Notes: generated by a model from the sequence alone, not told the origin. Shown: positions 37,450 through 51,078, counted from the first letter of the stretch. The stretch: DNA of 64,000 bases from Octopus sinensis (GCF_006345805.1 NC_043015.1:14074001-14138000); one strand, 5' to 3'. Translations and numbers: made by a program.

Positions 37450-39200
37450 GTGTGTGTGTTTTATTTCAAGATTTCTTGCCATTAGAGAAAGGAGCACTTT
37501 CTAATCTAGATCCAAGGCTACTTCATTGGAATTTCAACATCAACAGGGTATTTTTGTTTGTTTGTTTGTTTGTTTGTTTGTTTGTTTGTATGTATGTATG
37601 TATGTATGTATGTATGTATGTATGTATGTATGTATGTATGTATGTATGTGTGTGTGTGTGTGTGTATGTGTCTGTGTGTGTGTGTGTGTCTGTGTGTGTG
37701 TGTGCATGCAGATTTGTATGTTTTGTTTTATGTGTCTTCTCATGCATATACTTGCATATCTAGACATGCTCATATATACTTAAACTATTGGAAAGTTTTG
37801 CAGATTTTTACAGTTCCAGTAATGGATTGGATCTGTAATCTTCAAATCAGCTTTCTCCTTTCTGGTTTTGAGAAGCCTAATTGCTCAAGATTAGTATTTA
37901 GGCAGTGTGTTACATATCCCAGGGCCCAAATAATTACAGGTATAAATCTGAACTTGTAATCTAGACAGAGTAACTGCAGATTTCTCAATTGTTCAGTGTA
38001 GGTGTTCTCTTTTTCATTGATCTTCAGCTTTATGTTAACGCCCACCGGGCAGCTAATTTCTACAACTGTGCACTGTTTCTCTTCTCTATCCCAGATCATT
38101 ATTATCAGATCTATTGTGTTTACATTTTATTGAGGTTTTCACTGGAACATTCCACCAGTGTTCCTTTTTATTATGAGTGGCTATGGCTTCTCCATACTGT
38201 GGGCTCTTATTTGTTTGTCCTTGGAGTTATCTTTCCAACAAATCTCATTATATAGTGTCCTAACTACAACATCATATCCCATCGGTAGATAATGCTGAGA
38301 TGATATCATTTCTGGATAACTGCTTATAATGTGGATGATATCTTTGGTGTTAACTCCACAATGTCTGCATTGGTTATCACATTTTTACTGCATTTTACTT
38401 CATTGGTTGTTACATTTACTGCATCGGTTGTCACATTTTACTGCATCTCTGTCCCTTTTGTGCATCAGGTATTTGGTTGATATTTCCTGTTCCTGGATTG
38501 TAAATGCATCATACCCTTCAGAGTGGGAGGTAGTAATCCGGTTGCTGGTTCATGATAGATTGCTTTGATGATCAACGTTACTACCATCTCAGAACTTTCT
38601 ATTAGCATATACATGTATGGTCTTCTGCTCATGTATGCTCAGTCTTTCATCTGATGATAAGTCATGTGACTTCTTTGGGCATGTATTTAAGTTAGGGTTA
38701 AATGTATGCAACTTGGTCAAAGGATGAACTTTGACACTTGGTGATTAAAAGATGTTGCTGAAGAGGTATAATACAACATTCAAAGGTATTCTGGATCAAT
38801 ATTAAGCCTCTGCCACCTTGTTTACATTTTGGGTAGAGGCAATCTACATCACTGTTTATGTGGAAATTATGTATGCTTCTTCGTATCTTCCAGGTTTTCA
38901 CATCAATGGCTCAGATCTCATCAAGCAACCCAAATTTTGGTATGAGTACTGGCACTGCAAGCACATTGTAGGCCACTGTTTTATTGAAAGCAAAGAGTTC
39001 TGAGGTCCAAATTTTCTTTATTTGTCTGTAATATTCCTTAGTGACACATGTTTTGTTACAGGTACCATTGTAAGGTATGTTTTCATCTACACCTAGATAC
39101 CTGTAACATTCCTCATCAGATATAGGGGAAACAGTTACGTCATTGGTGGAGATGCTGCTAATCTGGTTTATAGTTTTCTCTCTTTTCACAACCATATGTA
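37450..39200 (-). mobile_element. 5'-truncated R4/Dong-like LINE with microsatellite-containing 3' UTR
   Basis: YRYLGVDEN, DCLYPKCKQGGRGL, WWNVPVKT, WDREEKQCTVVEISCP, FIPVIIWALG, GTVKICKTF. Confidence 0.85.
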
Positions 39201-39271
39201 TGTGTGCATGTATGTACCATCCTGGCAAGAAAGGAAATGTTAAAGCTTTCCATTATTATCAATATCATTAG

Positions 39272-39485
39272 GGCAGCAAGCTGACACAATTGTTAGCATG
39301 CCAGGTGAAATGCTTTGCAGTATTTTGTCTGCCACTGTGTTCTGAGTTCAAATGCTGCCAAGGTCAACTTTGCCTTTCATCCTTTCAGGATTGATAAATT
39401 AAGTACCAGTTGAGTATTGGGGTCGATGTAATCAACTATACCCCTCCCCCAAAATATCAGGCCTTGTGCCTATACTAGAAAGGAT
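39272..39485 (+). mobile_element. SINE family B, almost fully CpG-decayed
   Basis: GGCAGCAAGCTG...TTGTTAGCATGCCAGGTGAAATGC vs consensus GGCGGCGAGCTG...TCGTTAGCACGCCGGGCGAAATGC. Confidence 0.9.
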
Positions 39486-39529
39486 TATTATCAATATCAT
39501 CATCATCACCATCATCATTTAGCGTCTGC

Positions 39530-39790
39530 TTGCCATCCTGGCATAGGGTAGACAGTTTGAGTGAAACTAGTAAGCTGGAGAGCTGCACCAGGTTCCAGTC
39601 TGATTTGGTATGGTTTTTATCACTGGATGCCTTTCCTAATGCCAACCACTCCAAGAGTGTAATGGGTGATGTTTTTGTACCACCAGCACAGGTGCCAGTT
39701 ATGTAACACTGGCATCAGCTGCAATTATGATTTCATTTGGTTTGATGAGTCTTCTCAAGTATGACATATCACCAACGGTCTCAGTCACTT
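39530..39790 (-). mobile_element. RTE LINE 3' UTR piece
   Basis: GGTTGGCATTAGGAAAGGCATCCAG motif, shared with the ORF-linked copy at 62530-63060. Confidence 0.7.
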
Positions 39791-40689
39791 ATCTCAAAAC
39801 ATATTTAATCTGTTGAGAACATAAGCAGTCAGAACAAAAGTCTTCATAAATATATGAAGATTTAGAAAACTGAAAAAAATTCATTCCAGTATGGTTGTTT
39901 TTGTTCATGCCAGTTTACAAGAAGATGTGGTCTGCTACATTTAATATATTTCCTATTCACCATTTTAATATATTTTCTAGTATATTTTTCATTTTAATAT
40001 ATTTTCTATTATCATTTTTCATCTCCACAACAGGAGCAAATTTAAATAAAAGAAACTTTCTTCAACTGGACCAGCTGTTGGACAAATACTCCAGGACCAT
40101 CAAGGGCCATCTAGATACAGTGGGCAATGAACTTCATCTAAAAAGAAGTCACAGGTGTCCGTTTCTTCAAACAATATTCAGAATGATATAATCCAATCCT
40201 TGACTACTTATGTAAGAAAATCAATGTTAAATGAAACCGAGACAGTCACAATATATTAATTTTTAATGAGTGAATCTACAGATGTTTACCCACTCTGAAT
40301 AGGCTGTGTTTGCTATATGTGTATGCTGTGTTTCTGATAATAAAATCAAAGAGCATTTCATTGAAATATGTGACGTAGATATCTACAGCTGTCTTTTAGG
40401 GAAATAAATAGCTTACAGATGGTAAGCTTAAGGGATCAGGGTTATGATAGAGCTGCTAACGTGAGAGGATTCTATAAAAGCCTCAGTCAAGAATTATTCT
40501 TTGCAATGAACAAGTGTTATAAATTTGCTAATGTGCACAATACTTGAAACTCGTTCTTGTAGGAAGTATATAAAAATTACCAAAAGGTAATCTTTATATC
40601 CAACTTCCATCACAAATATTTCGTTTTTAATAAGCCTGCTACCTATTTGAAAAGATGCTGAAATTCCATATATTATAACAGCAAGATCT

Positions 40690-43000
40690 AACTGGCATAA
40701 GCTGACCAGTGCTTCCCACAAAGAAGGTCCAATGGATCAAAATCATGTGATATGGGAGTTCTGGTGCCCATGACAGATGAATTTTGTCTGCTATGATTTG
40801 TGTGCCTTCTTATCCTTGAAAGAGCCTCTCATTTAAGTACTTGGTGCAATTTCTCATGTATCTTTAGACTTTATGGTTCCTATGCATCTTCCACACGGGA
40901 ACACTACATTCTTTGTTACCCTTCCTGTGATTCTACTGCACCTCTTATATGTTCATAACTTGCACTGGGTACACCAAATGAAATTTCAGCCTACACCTTG
41001 CCTACATGTTGAGTTGGGCCATTTATCTGAAGAGAGTAGGGTCCTGACTGTTTTGTTGCTTACTAGGACCTTGGTCTTTGCTATGTTAACTTTAAGGATC
41101 TTCGATTCCAGGTTTTGTCTCCACACCTGGAACTTTTTTTTCTAGTTCTGTTACAGATTCTGCTATGAGAGCAAAATCATCAACATATTGTAGTTCCCAT
41201 GAGCATCCAGTCTTAAATTCCTCTGTTATGGCCTGGAGGATGATGATGAATAGAAGTGGGCTCAGAACTGAGCTTTGAACACCTTTCTGTATAGTAAATT
41301 AATTACTCTATTCATGGTAATGAATTTACTATACAGAAAGTCCAATGGATCAAAATTATGTGATATGGGAGTTCTGGTGCCCATGAAAGATGAATTTTGT
41401 CTGCTATGATCTATGTGTGTGTCTTCTTATCCTTGAAAGATCCTCTCATGGTTAACTCTTTTCTAACTATAGATGACCTGTACCACTTTCACAAGCCATA
41501 TCACAGAGCAAGATACTCTGTCAAAGGAATTCCCCAGAGCAACAAATGCCAATTACAATGGCTTATTCTTAGCTAAACACTTCTCTTACAGTTTCCTGAC
41601 TAAGAAAATAGTGTCAGTAATGTTTCTCCCCAGCACAAAACCAAACTGCATTTCATCTAACCTAATAATTAGCTATAACTCTCTCTATAACTTACATCAA
41701 CTGGTTCAGCAATTTCTATTATTGCTTCTATCTAAGGCATCTGCCTCACCTTTGAGGCAGCTGCCTAATTTGCTACTTCACCAGTCACTAGGGATTGTGC
41801 CTTTCAGAATAACCTGGTTAACTATATGGGTAACTAGACTGTATTCTTCTCTACCAAATATTTTAAGTCCCTCAACCGTAGCTTCTGATGGAAGAGGGGC
41901 TTTCTCTGTCTTCATATCTTTAATTGCCTTTATTTATCATACTTCTGTTAAATAGGATAGCTGGTTCCTCTGTTGGGTTCACATAGGGAGGACACCCTTT
42001 CTCCCATTCATTCTCCACATTTAATAGCCTTTCATAGTAGCAAGCTCTATGCCTTTTCCTTTTCAGAATCACTATGTGCAAGCATACAATTATCCATCGA
42101 TACTCACTTCTCTCCCACAGCATCTCAATTCTCACGGACACTCTGTCTAGCAAGCTGGAACACCTCAAGTCTCTGTTCCACACACTGTAAGACATGAGCA
42201 AACCTTTTCCTTTCTGCTTCTTCCTTTGCTAGATAAACCTGCTTCCTAGCTTCCCTTTTAGTTACCTGATATGGCTTTTTGTTACCGCCACTTTTCCACT
42301 CTTTCCAAGATTGTCTCCTCTCTTTTATGGCTCTGTCAACCTCCCATTCTACCATCATGTCACCCTTGGTCCAGAAGAAGCTTTGCTCCAACCATTTGTA
42401 GATTATCACTAGATTATCTTGTAAGAACTTCCAATTATCTTCTATATCATATATCTCTTTCTCTTCCTCCTTCTCATCAAATACTTCATTTAGAACATCT
42501 CTGGATCTCTGGGCATATGAAGGGTCCTTGAGCTTCCATAACTTCCTTTTCCATATCACTTTGTGTCTCTGGCAGAGTTGTACATACTTCACCTAGGAAG
42601 GACTTTGCATTCACAAGCATCTATTTTCCCTTGCTTCTGGCAAAGATGCAGTCAATCTGGCAGGTGTGCTGGCAAGTATCCTGAAGTTAGTATTGCAGAC
42701 TAGTAAGTCAGGTCAGTGACATCACAAAACTCCAGCAGCCTTGTTCCCTCCTCATTTCAAGAATCAAGGTTGTAACCCCCATGCACACCATGAAATCCAT
42801 CAAAGTGTCACCAAAAATGACCAGTCACAATGATAACATCATTGTCTTTCCTTGTTGAGGTAGCCTGCAGAAGGGATTCATAGAAATAGTCCTATTGATA
42901 ATCTGTGTGACTACCACTCCTCTGTGGACCTGTACAGCCACAACAGATGCTGCACCACTATCAGCAGATGACATGATTTCTTTGGGTGCAGATCCTTGGC
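40690..43000 (-). mobile_element. rearranged RTE-clade LINE, ORF2 middle
   Basis: WKLKDP...WKFLQDNL; EMQFGF; SVLSPLLFIIILQAITEEFKTGCSWELQYVDD; internal 110 bp direct repeat 40727-40832 / 41340-41449. Confidence 0.85.
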
Positions 43001-44194
43001 CTCTCAAGACCAATAGATACCTACTACTCATATAGAATATAGATATAGAACATCTGCTATTCTTTATTTTCAGAATATTCCTGGAATTATTCAAATGAGG
43101 ATGAATAATTGTAAAATAAATATCTGGAAGCATGCCTACAGCAGCCTAACATCTTAGATCTTTTGTTTAAACTATGATAGTACTGGAATAAAATGATTTT
43201 TCCTTTAAGTAAGTCTACAGTATAAATTTCAGTGAAACCCATAATGCATATATGGAGAAGCATGTCCAAGACTTGATCATTTAATTTTAAATATTGTCAG
43301 ATTGCTTGAATTTCAAAACCAAATAAGTTGAAAATTCTTGTAGAATGCCTTTCTCCAGATTTTGAATAAATGGAAATGTTGATTTAAAGCAGTTCTCAGT
43401 CAACCTACTGTAGATTTCAGATATAATGCTATTATCTGGTTGCACATAAACAAAATATGTTAAGGTGTTCATAAGACAATTAATATCATTGAGGCAATTA
43501 TTTGGAGTAATACAATTACATGTAGGAGAAGAGATTATGTTACTATTGTTAGAAAGGCTTTAAGAATTGAATTGATTAATTAAGTATGTAAAGATTTTAA
43601 AACTAGAAAACCTAAGTTTAATCAAACTTCAGTTATATAGCCTATAAAATCAATGTTTCATCAGAAAATGAAACTATATTCATATATTTTCTAGTTTGCT
43701 ATATCATTTTACATAAGCTAGTCATTTGTACTCGGTCAAATCACCACTACCTACATGCAATCGAGTATTTGGGCAATGCATGAACAGTGCTTACACCATA
43801 TGGTTCTAATTAATAAGCAGTTTAAGATGTATTTGATTTATTACTCCATGCTTTGAGGGGTTTTTTGTTGTTTTGATTTTTTAAAAATTTTGATTGATTA
43901 TGGTGTAAGAATCTTCCAATCATCTGAATACTTCTTCTTTTTTTTTACTGAAATATCTTGATTATTCTTCGTTTAAATAATTAATTATGGAGCACTTATA
44001 TAATTAATTAATAGGACTTATTAATACCTTAAATCTTTTATTGGTTATTCTATATTTGTTTATTTTTACCTAATTATGTTGTTTAGGTCTTTGAATAATT
44101 TTAACACTTATATTTTAATTTTAACTATATTAAATATTAATTAAGCAAGCTATACCTCTTGTAAAATATTTGTTTTTCAAATTCTAATATTCAT

Positions 44195-44850
44195 TTTTTT
44201 GAGTAGGCACAAGGCCTGAAATTTTGGAGGCTGAAGATAGTTGATTACTTCAACCCTAATTCTGAACTGGTACTTATTTTATTGACCCTGAGAGGATGAA
44301 AAGCAAAGTCAACCTTATCAAAATTTGAACTTAAAACATAAAGACAGGCCAAATGCCATTAAGCATTTTACCTGGCATGCTAACAATTCTGCCGGTTCAC
44401 CAATGAATTCAATATCGATGGTAGTAGCACTTGGGACTTTTTCCCATTATTTCTGTTTGATAACCAAAAACATACTTAATTTCTTTACATGAAGTAAGTG
44501 GTGTTGTATTGAATAATGCACATAAAACATTTTTAATGAAGAGAAATTTCCGGTTTATTGGAAAAAGAAAACAAAAATTTGTTTTGGTTGTTAGCATCTT
44601 ACAAAAGAGAGGGAAGATAATTTCAAAATATTGGTTTCCAATTCTGCCACAAGGCCAGCAAGTTTGTAGGAGGGAGTAAGTTGGTTATATCAACTTCAGC
44701 GTTCAACTGGGACTTATTTTATTGACTCTGAATGGATGAAAAGTAAAGTCGATGTCAGCAGAATTTGAACTCGGGTAGTAAAGACAGGTGAAAAGCCACC
44801 AAGCATTTTGCTTTGTGTGCCAATGATTCTATCACTTGCTGCTTTAGATA
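44195..44850 (-). mobile_element. two CpG-decayed SINE family B copies (44195-44400, 44635-44850)
   Basis: Family B body with TG/CA replacing most CG. Confidence 0.8.
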
Positions 44851-46289
44851 ATTTCAAAATATTAAGAATTAATTTTAAGATATACCATTCTCATATTTAA
44901 GGGAAAATCTGTTTTTGTTTCAGTGAGTTAATGACAACAATAGACATGTTTCAGTATTATTAGATCTTATCAGCAAAGCATAGTTAGCATGAACCTGTTT
45001 GATCAAAAGACAGAAGTTTTATGTTTTGGGATTTTGTTTGTTTCTTTTTTTTTTTTAATAGAATAAAATTTCTGAAGATTTTGGACCAATAGTAGTTTAT
45101 ATAAGATTAAACTAGTGAAAGTAACGTTCACAAAGCTCATGACATCAATTACGATAAATCAAGTTGAAGTTGATGTACAAAATGATGTAACCAAAATATT
45201 CTGAATAATTTGAATAACTGATACTTTTCCTCTTCACTGGAGAAAGAAAGCAAATTCTAGTGGCAAGCATTAGCTTCTTTGTTTTCAAAATGTGTAGAGT
45301 TGGCATAAAGTCTAAGAGGATTTCTTTTATTTCTAATTTAACAAACTATCTTGAGATTAAGATAATCTACTAAATTAGTTTTTCTTCCTAACAGGCAATC
45401 TTGTTAATGTCAATTTGTATCGATGATTGAATCAAATTACATCTTCATGGGGAATATTACTTACAATTGCTAAGTATTCATTTATGAAAGAATACCTTGG
45501 ATTAAACAGATCTTAACTCCAGCTTACGAGTTAGCTAAGATGAAATAAGGATTATTATTAATATAGACACTGTGACACAAAGTCCAGGATGAAAGATCTA
45601 TTAAAGTTTCTTTTTATAATTACATTGTTTCTTTTGAGAATATGTAAGTGCCAGTATGTGTGCAGGTGAGATTGTTATTATGTGTATATCTTTGATCCAT
45701 TTTAAAGAAAAAATCTGCATGCGTGAGTATTTTCACATGTGCATATAGATTGATGTCAGCTGGTAAAATTTGTATGTATGTATATGTGTCTGTGGATGTG
45801 TCATCAGCTCATACAATTTTACTAATCTTTGCTCACATGTAAAGATTCATGTTGAATGTTATTTATGTTTCTTACAAGACAGTCAACCTTGGATCTAGAA
45901 AGTGGGTGAAGAGAATAGGAAATTATGACATCTATACCAGTGAATATGTGTTGAGAAAAAAATTATGTGTGTATTGGATACTGTATTATCTTGATATAAA
46001 TTTAATTTAAATTATGAAGATTGCAATTGATCAGACTCAGACCTAATTTTAATTGGGGAGAATATAAAAGATAAATAATTCTTGGAGAGGTGAAAATCCA
46101 AGTTATTTCCAATAGGATTTGAACCTGAAACTACGACATCTGAATAGAGACTGTGCAGTACATCTGAGACTGGCAGTTTACTGTTTGGGCCATTTTCACT
46201 GCATTAATATTTCAAATATTGTTTTAAATATTCCTAATTCCACAGTAATAAGAAACAATGCTTGTTTAGGATTTAGGTACAAAGTTAAC

Positions 46290-46470
46290 AATTTTGAATT
46301 TAGGTACAAGGTTAACAATTTTGAGGGGAAAGGTTAATCATTTAAATCCATCTCAGTACTTGATGAGTGCTTTGTGAGTTGATTACATCAACCCCAGTAC
46401 TCAACTGGTACTTATTTTATCAACCTTGAAAGTATGAAAGGCAAAGTTGACCTTGGCAGAATTTGAACTG
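46290..46470 (-). mobile_element. SINE family B partial, CpG-decayed
   Basis: CAACCCCAGTACTCAACTGGTACTTATTTTATCAACCTTGAAAG...GGCAAAGTTGACCTTGGCAGAATTTGAACT. Confidence 0.75.
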
Positions 46471-47099
46471 CCAAGTTCAAATGCACACCAACCTGTGTGC
46501 ATTATTGAGTATTAATTGAAAGATTCTATTGTCACTACTTCAGTAGAAACAGTAAATGTAATGCTTCACTGACAATAATAATAATAATAACATCAAAACA
46601 TATTTCCCTTACTTACAGAAACAAATAAAATATTAATTGTTATTGACTACCCTCATCACATAATTATTTCTAATTAACTATTCAAATCCTTCTTTCATTA
46701 GATATTTTACCACTAACTTTAAATGATTTGTTTTTAAAGATAATTCCAAGGAGGAAATGAAAATATAATATTGCCTATGAAAAATAGGTAGGTTAACATG
46801 TTTAAAAGAATAAGTGACAATTTAAAAGCAGTAAATGTGGAGTGGAAGACACCACAATAGTGAAGGTGTGTTGGCTGTTGAGTCATCGAGAAGATCAATA
46901 TTATGATATTGAGGTTATATTACAATACAAACACAACAAATTTAGATAAACAGCAAAGCTGTCTTGTATATTACAGCCTTGGGTCTATACTGATAATAAA
47001 GCAACTGTGAACTTTGAAAAATTACAAAGTTACCAGAGATCATATTCAGACATCGGTCCTTTAGGAATTTCTGGAAATGAATACATGAAGACCAGTCCA

Positions 47100-47350
47100 C
47101 CACAGCCGAATTGATGCCAGTGCAAGTTCTACATAAAAGTCACTCATGCTGGTGCCACATTAAAAGCACTGGTGCAGGTACTACTTGAAAAGTACCCAGT
47201 ACACTCTGTGGAGTGGTTAGTGTTAGGAAAGGCATCCAGCCAGAGAAACCAAGCTAGACCAGACAATGGAGCCTGATGTAGCCCCTGGTCTTACTGGCTA
47301 TGACCAAACTGTCCAATCCATGCCAGCATGGAAAACAGTTGTTAAATGAT
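47100..47350 (+). mobile_element. RTE LINE 3' UTR piece
   Basis: GGTTAGTGTTAGGAAAGGCATCCAGCC...CCATGCCAGCATGGAAAACAG.TGTTAAATGATGA tail. Confidence 0.7.
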
Positions 47351-47809
47351 GACGATGCTGCTGCTGATGGTGATGACAAACACAAGTCTATGAGGCTACA
47401 AATGCTACAATGTTAACAGCTTTAACTGTCTGCTTGGAACTTTAATCTATATTGAAGACTGCAGACACATGGATTGTTTTATGATGGAATGTCAACACTG
47501 TCTTCTCAAGGAATTTTGATGTCCACCCCTTGATATTTTCATTGTACTAGTAAAAAATATAATGACAGTAGGCTGTATTAAATCAATCTGAATTAAACAA
47601 CAGAAGTGCACCTATATCGCAAAGATTACAAAATGTTAAACTATCAGTTGAAAAAAATGTCATACCACTTCTAATTTAGCAATATTCCAGTCAATTCAGG
47701 TTAAGAATGGTATGCTAGTCTCTAAATAGTCACCCCAGATGCTCAATACTTCAGGGACAAGTCCCAAGACAACTGACAACAGTATGCCAGAGAAAAGGAT
47801 GGCATAATA

Positions 47810-48010
47810 TTGGTTTCAAGTTTTGGCATAAGGCCAGCAGTTTCAAGGGAGGGAGTAAGTCAATTACATTGACCCCAGAGCTCAACTGCTACTTATTTTA
47901 TCAACCTTGAAAAGATGAAAGGCAAAATCAATCTTGACAGGATTGCAAAGACAGATGAAATGCCACTAAGCATTTTGACCAACATGCTAATGATTCCGCT
48001 AGCTGCCTTA
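47810..48010 (-). mobile_element. SINE family B, CpG-decayed
   Basis: Family B consensus with CpG transitions. Confidence 0.8.
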
Positions 48011-48096
48011 AAAGAATGACATAATATTTTGAAATGTTGTGCTTGATAAAGGGCTTCTATTCCAACACATTAACTAAATATATTTATGCAACAATA

Positions 48097-48455
48097 TATG
48101 TAAACAAATATTTTGTTTTTGGAAGTGTCAAATGTGTATCATATCATACAAACAAGAAAATAGTATTTCAAATGTAGACTAGCTGTAAAAACAGCAGAAA
48201 GATTGGATATTTTTACCCTCATATGATGAAAAAAGTTGTCAGCAGACAATTTGATGGAGACTGTTGTCAGCAGGCAGTTTATCTTAATGGTAGAGTAATT
48301 AGCTGGTATCTAAGGAGTGTGAGTTCATGTCTCACGGCTGTCTGCTGACAACTTTTCCCATCTTTTAATGGTAAAATACCCAATCTTTCTGCTGCTTTCA
48401 AGACTATACTGCATTTAAAACATTACTTTGTATGATAAAATATATTTATGTTTAC
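48097..48455. mobile_element. fold-back element with about 100 bp TIRs enclosing a tRNA-like sequence
   Basis: Arms 48143-48248 and 48338-48436 roughly 75% identical by eye, possibly extending to 48097/48455; no TSD found. Confidence 0.7.
48273..48343 (+). other. tRNA-like cloverleaf (anticodon loop CT-GGT-AT, Thr-like), probably not a functional tRNA
   Basis: Acceptor GGCAGTT/GGCTGTC (with GU pairs), D arm TCT-TAATGGT-AGA, anticodon stem TTAG/CTAA, T arm GTGAG-TTCATGT-CTCAC; box A and box B like motifs. Confidence 0.6.
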
Positions 48456-49654
48456 TATTCATAATATTAATTACTTTACATTATATTAGGCTAATCTTTC
48501 GAAAAATCAATTATGAAGAAATGTTACAAATTAGTATTATATTAATCCTATATGCATTTTGTTGCTAAATTGTTGTTGTTGTTGTTTTTGTTATTTTTAT
48601 TAAGCAGTCTAATAAGATTTGATTAAGAACAACAATAGCCAATCAAACATTTGGTAGAAATCAACAGAACTAACTCATTGCATTAATTTGGTATGACCAA
48701 CCCTATCTCGATTATTCTTTGATCATTTGAAATTTTAGCTCCTATCCTCCTCCTTTTTTTTTTTTTCTTCTAATAAAAAGAAATTCTGGTCATGTTGTCA
48801 TATCATTGACATGGAATGCACTTTTTGTTTTCTTGTATAAAAATAATGTAATTCATGAATTTAACAAACTATCTTTTTAGAAAATTACTAAGACAAAATA
48901 CAAGACTAATACATCAGAACAAATGGCTAATCTTTCTGAGCATATTATTATTATTTTACTTATGCTCAGAAATAGTAATCATTTTATTGATACTAAAGAG
49001 ATTGTTCTCATTTTCTAAGCACAATTCTTATATAAACTCATGAGAATTTACAATAATACATCATTGTTAATACAAGAAGATTTGCATAACACAACATGTC
49101 ATTATAATAAGCTATTACTTAGTAATTATTAATCATATTCATTATAAGCATAAGGGAGGAACATGTTCAGGTTTGAACATGTTTAGGCAGCTTGTATGTG
49201 TGAATATACGATATCCTACTTCTTTCCCATAATATTTAAATAGATTTTTTTTTTTAATTCTTCATCATTATATTTAAGTCATTAAACTAAGATTAAATTA
49301 CACCATGCTTCTGACATCAAGTTTTCAAAAGAATAACATTTCAAACATCCACTAATGGAGTAATGAAGCAAATTGGCATTCATGCTTTAAATGAATTTTA
49401 TGTTCATACATGTAGCGGCATGTAGTTTTTGCAATCAATTCTATATTTACCATCCATTCAATTAAAGGATTCAGAATAATTGATCGTTGATGATAAACAA
49501 ACAAGATCTGCTTCTTTCTATTTCTTTTCTAATATATTTCAAACCTGTTTTACCTCTCCTTGGAAATAATTATCTGGAATCCTTTTTCTTTCACATTATC
49601 ATGTTAGATGATCACAATATTACAAATATCAAAATAGATATCAGTAAAATACTT

Positions 49655-49865
49655 TCAAGTTTTGGCGCAAGGCCAGCAATTTCAGGGGAGAGGATAAGTC
49701 AATAACTTTCACCCCAGTATTCAAGTGATACTTATTTTATTGACCCAAAAAGAATAAAAGGCAAAGTTGACCCTGGTAGAAATTGAACTCAGAACATAAA
49801 GGTGTAAGAAATGCTGCTAAACATTTTGCCTGGCATGCTAATGATTCTGCCAGCTCACTGCCTTG
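49655..49865 (-). mobile_element. SINE family B, CpG-decayed
   Basis: ...GGCATGCTAATGATTCTGCCAGCTCACTGCCTT vs consensus GGCGTGCTAACGATTCTGCCAGCTCGCCGCCTT. Confidence 0.85.
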
Positions 49866-50223
49866 TTGTGCCTGTAAAATATTGCATTCAGTTTGAAATC
49901 AGAATAAGACCAAAGCAGGTCTGCATCTGTCTTTCATACTTGACAGAACAACTTAAAGTAATACCTGTCGTTGATTAATACCATATTTTCTATCGCTACA
50001 TATTAATTTGTAGTTAGTGTTTTAAGCTTTCATGCATTAAATATGTTCACATGAATTCACTTACTGTTTTTGATGTGGATTGTGTTTCTGAATAATTTAA
50101 CATCCATGCTATTTTATTTTCATATTGCAATAAAAGGACAATCCTGTATATCTACTTTTTGTCATACATACATGCATATATACATACATATGTGTGTGTG
50201 TGTATAAATACATATATACCTAC

Positions 50224-50254
<31 letters not shown>

Positions 50255-50877
50255 CATAAAGTATATGTATATTTCTTTTTACAGTCATTTGACTGCAGCC
50301 ATGCAGGAGCACTGCCTATATATATATATATATATATATAATTAGCTTTTTACTGTCTCATATATATTAAATATGTTCATACTAATAATAGTACTAATAA
50401 AAGCAATGCCACAGAACTGTGAAATTTTTGAGGAAAGGACAGAGTGGATAACAGGAAAATGCTATACAGATATGCAAATATATGCTCACGTACATACACA
50501 CACATGCATGCATGCACATGTACATACATACATAAACAGAGAGGGAAAGTGAGACAGTGAGGGGGGGAGAAAATGAGATGGTGAGAGGGAGAAGGGGAGG
50601 GGATAGAGCGCGGCAGAAAGAGATAGGCAAATGGTCATACAGTCAGACAGACAGAAAGAAAGAGTGAAGGTGGGAGGGAGGGAAGGGTATTGACAATATG
50701 GCTGAGAGAAAATAGCGCAGGGGCATATGTTGTGCATAATAAATACAAATAAGGTAAGGTTTCAAATATATAAATTACTGAGTTGAGAAATTCTGATCAA
50801 CTAAGATTATTTGGGCAATTTGTAGACAAAGATGCCTTCTACAGGTGTTTAAAATCTTTAAAAAAAAATACATAAAC

Positions 50878-51042
50878 GCAGGTGTGGCAGAGTGATAAGA
50901 AGCTTGCTTCCCAACCATATGCTTCTGGGTTCAGACCCACTGCATTGCACCTTGGGCAAGTGTCTTCTATAGCCTCAGGTCAACGAAAGCCTTGTGAGTG
51001 GATTTGATTGATGGAAACTGAAAGAAGTCTCTCATTTGTGTG

Positions 51043-51078
<36 letters not shown>

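Noticed and set aside
40034-40070. GANLNKRN as an ankyrin repeat
   Set aside because: The following G.TPLH motif is absent.
43325-43370. KILVECLSPDF peptide resembling lipoyl synthase
   Set aside because: Only about 20 codons between stops, no usable splice sites and no other matching segment; treated as chance.
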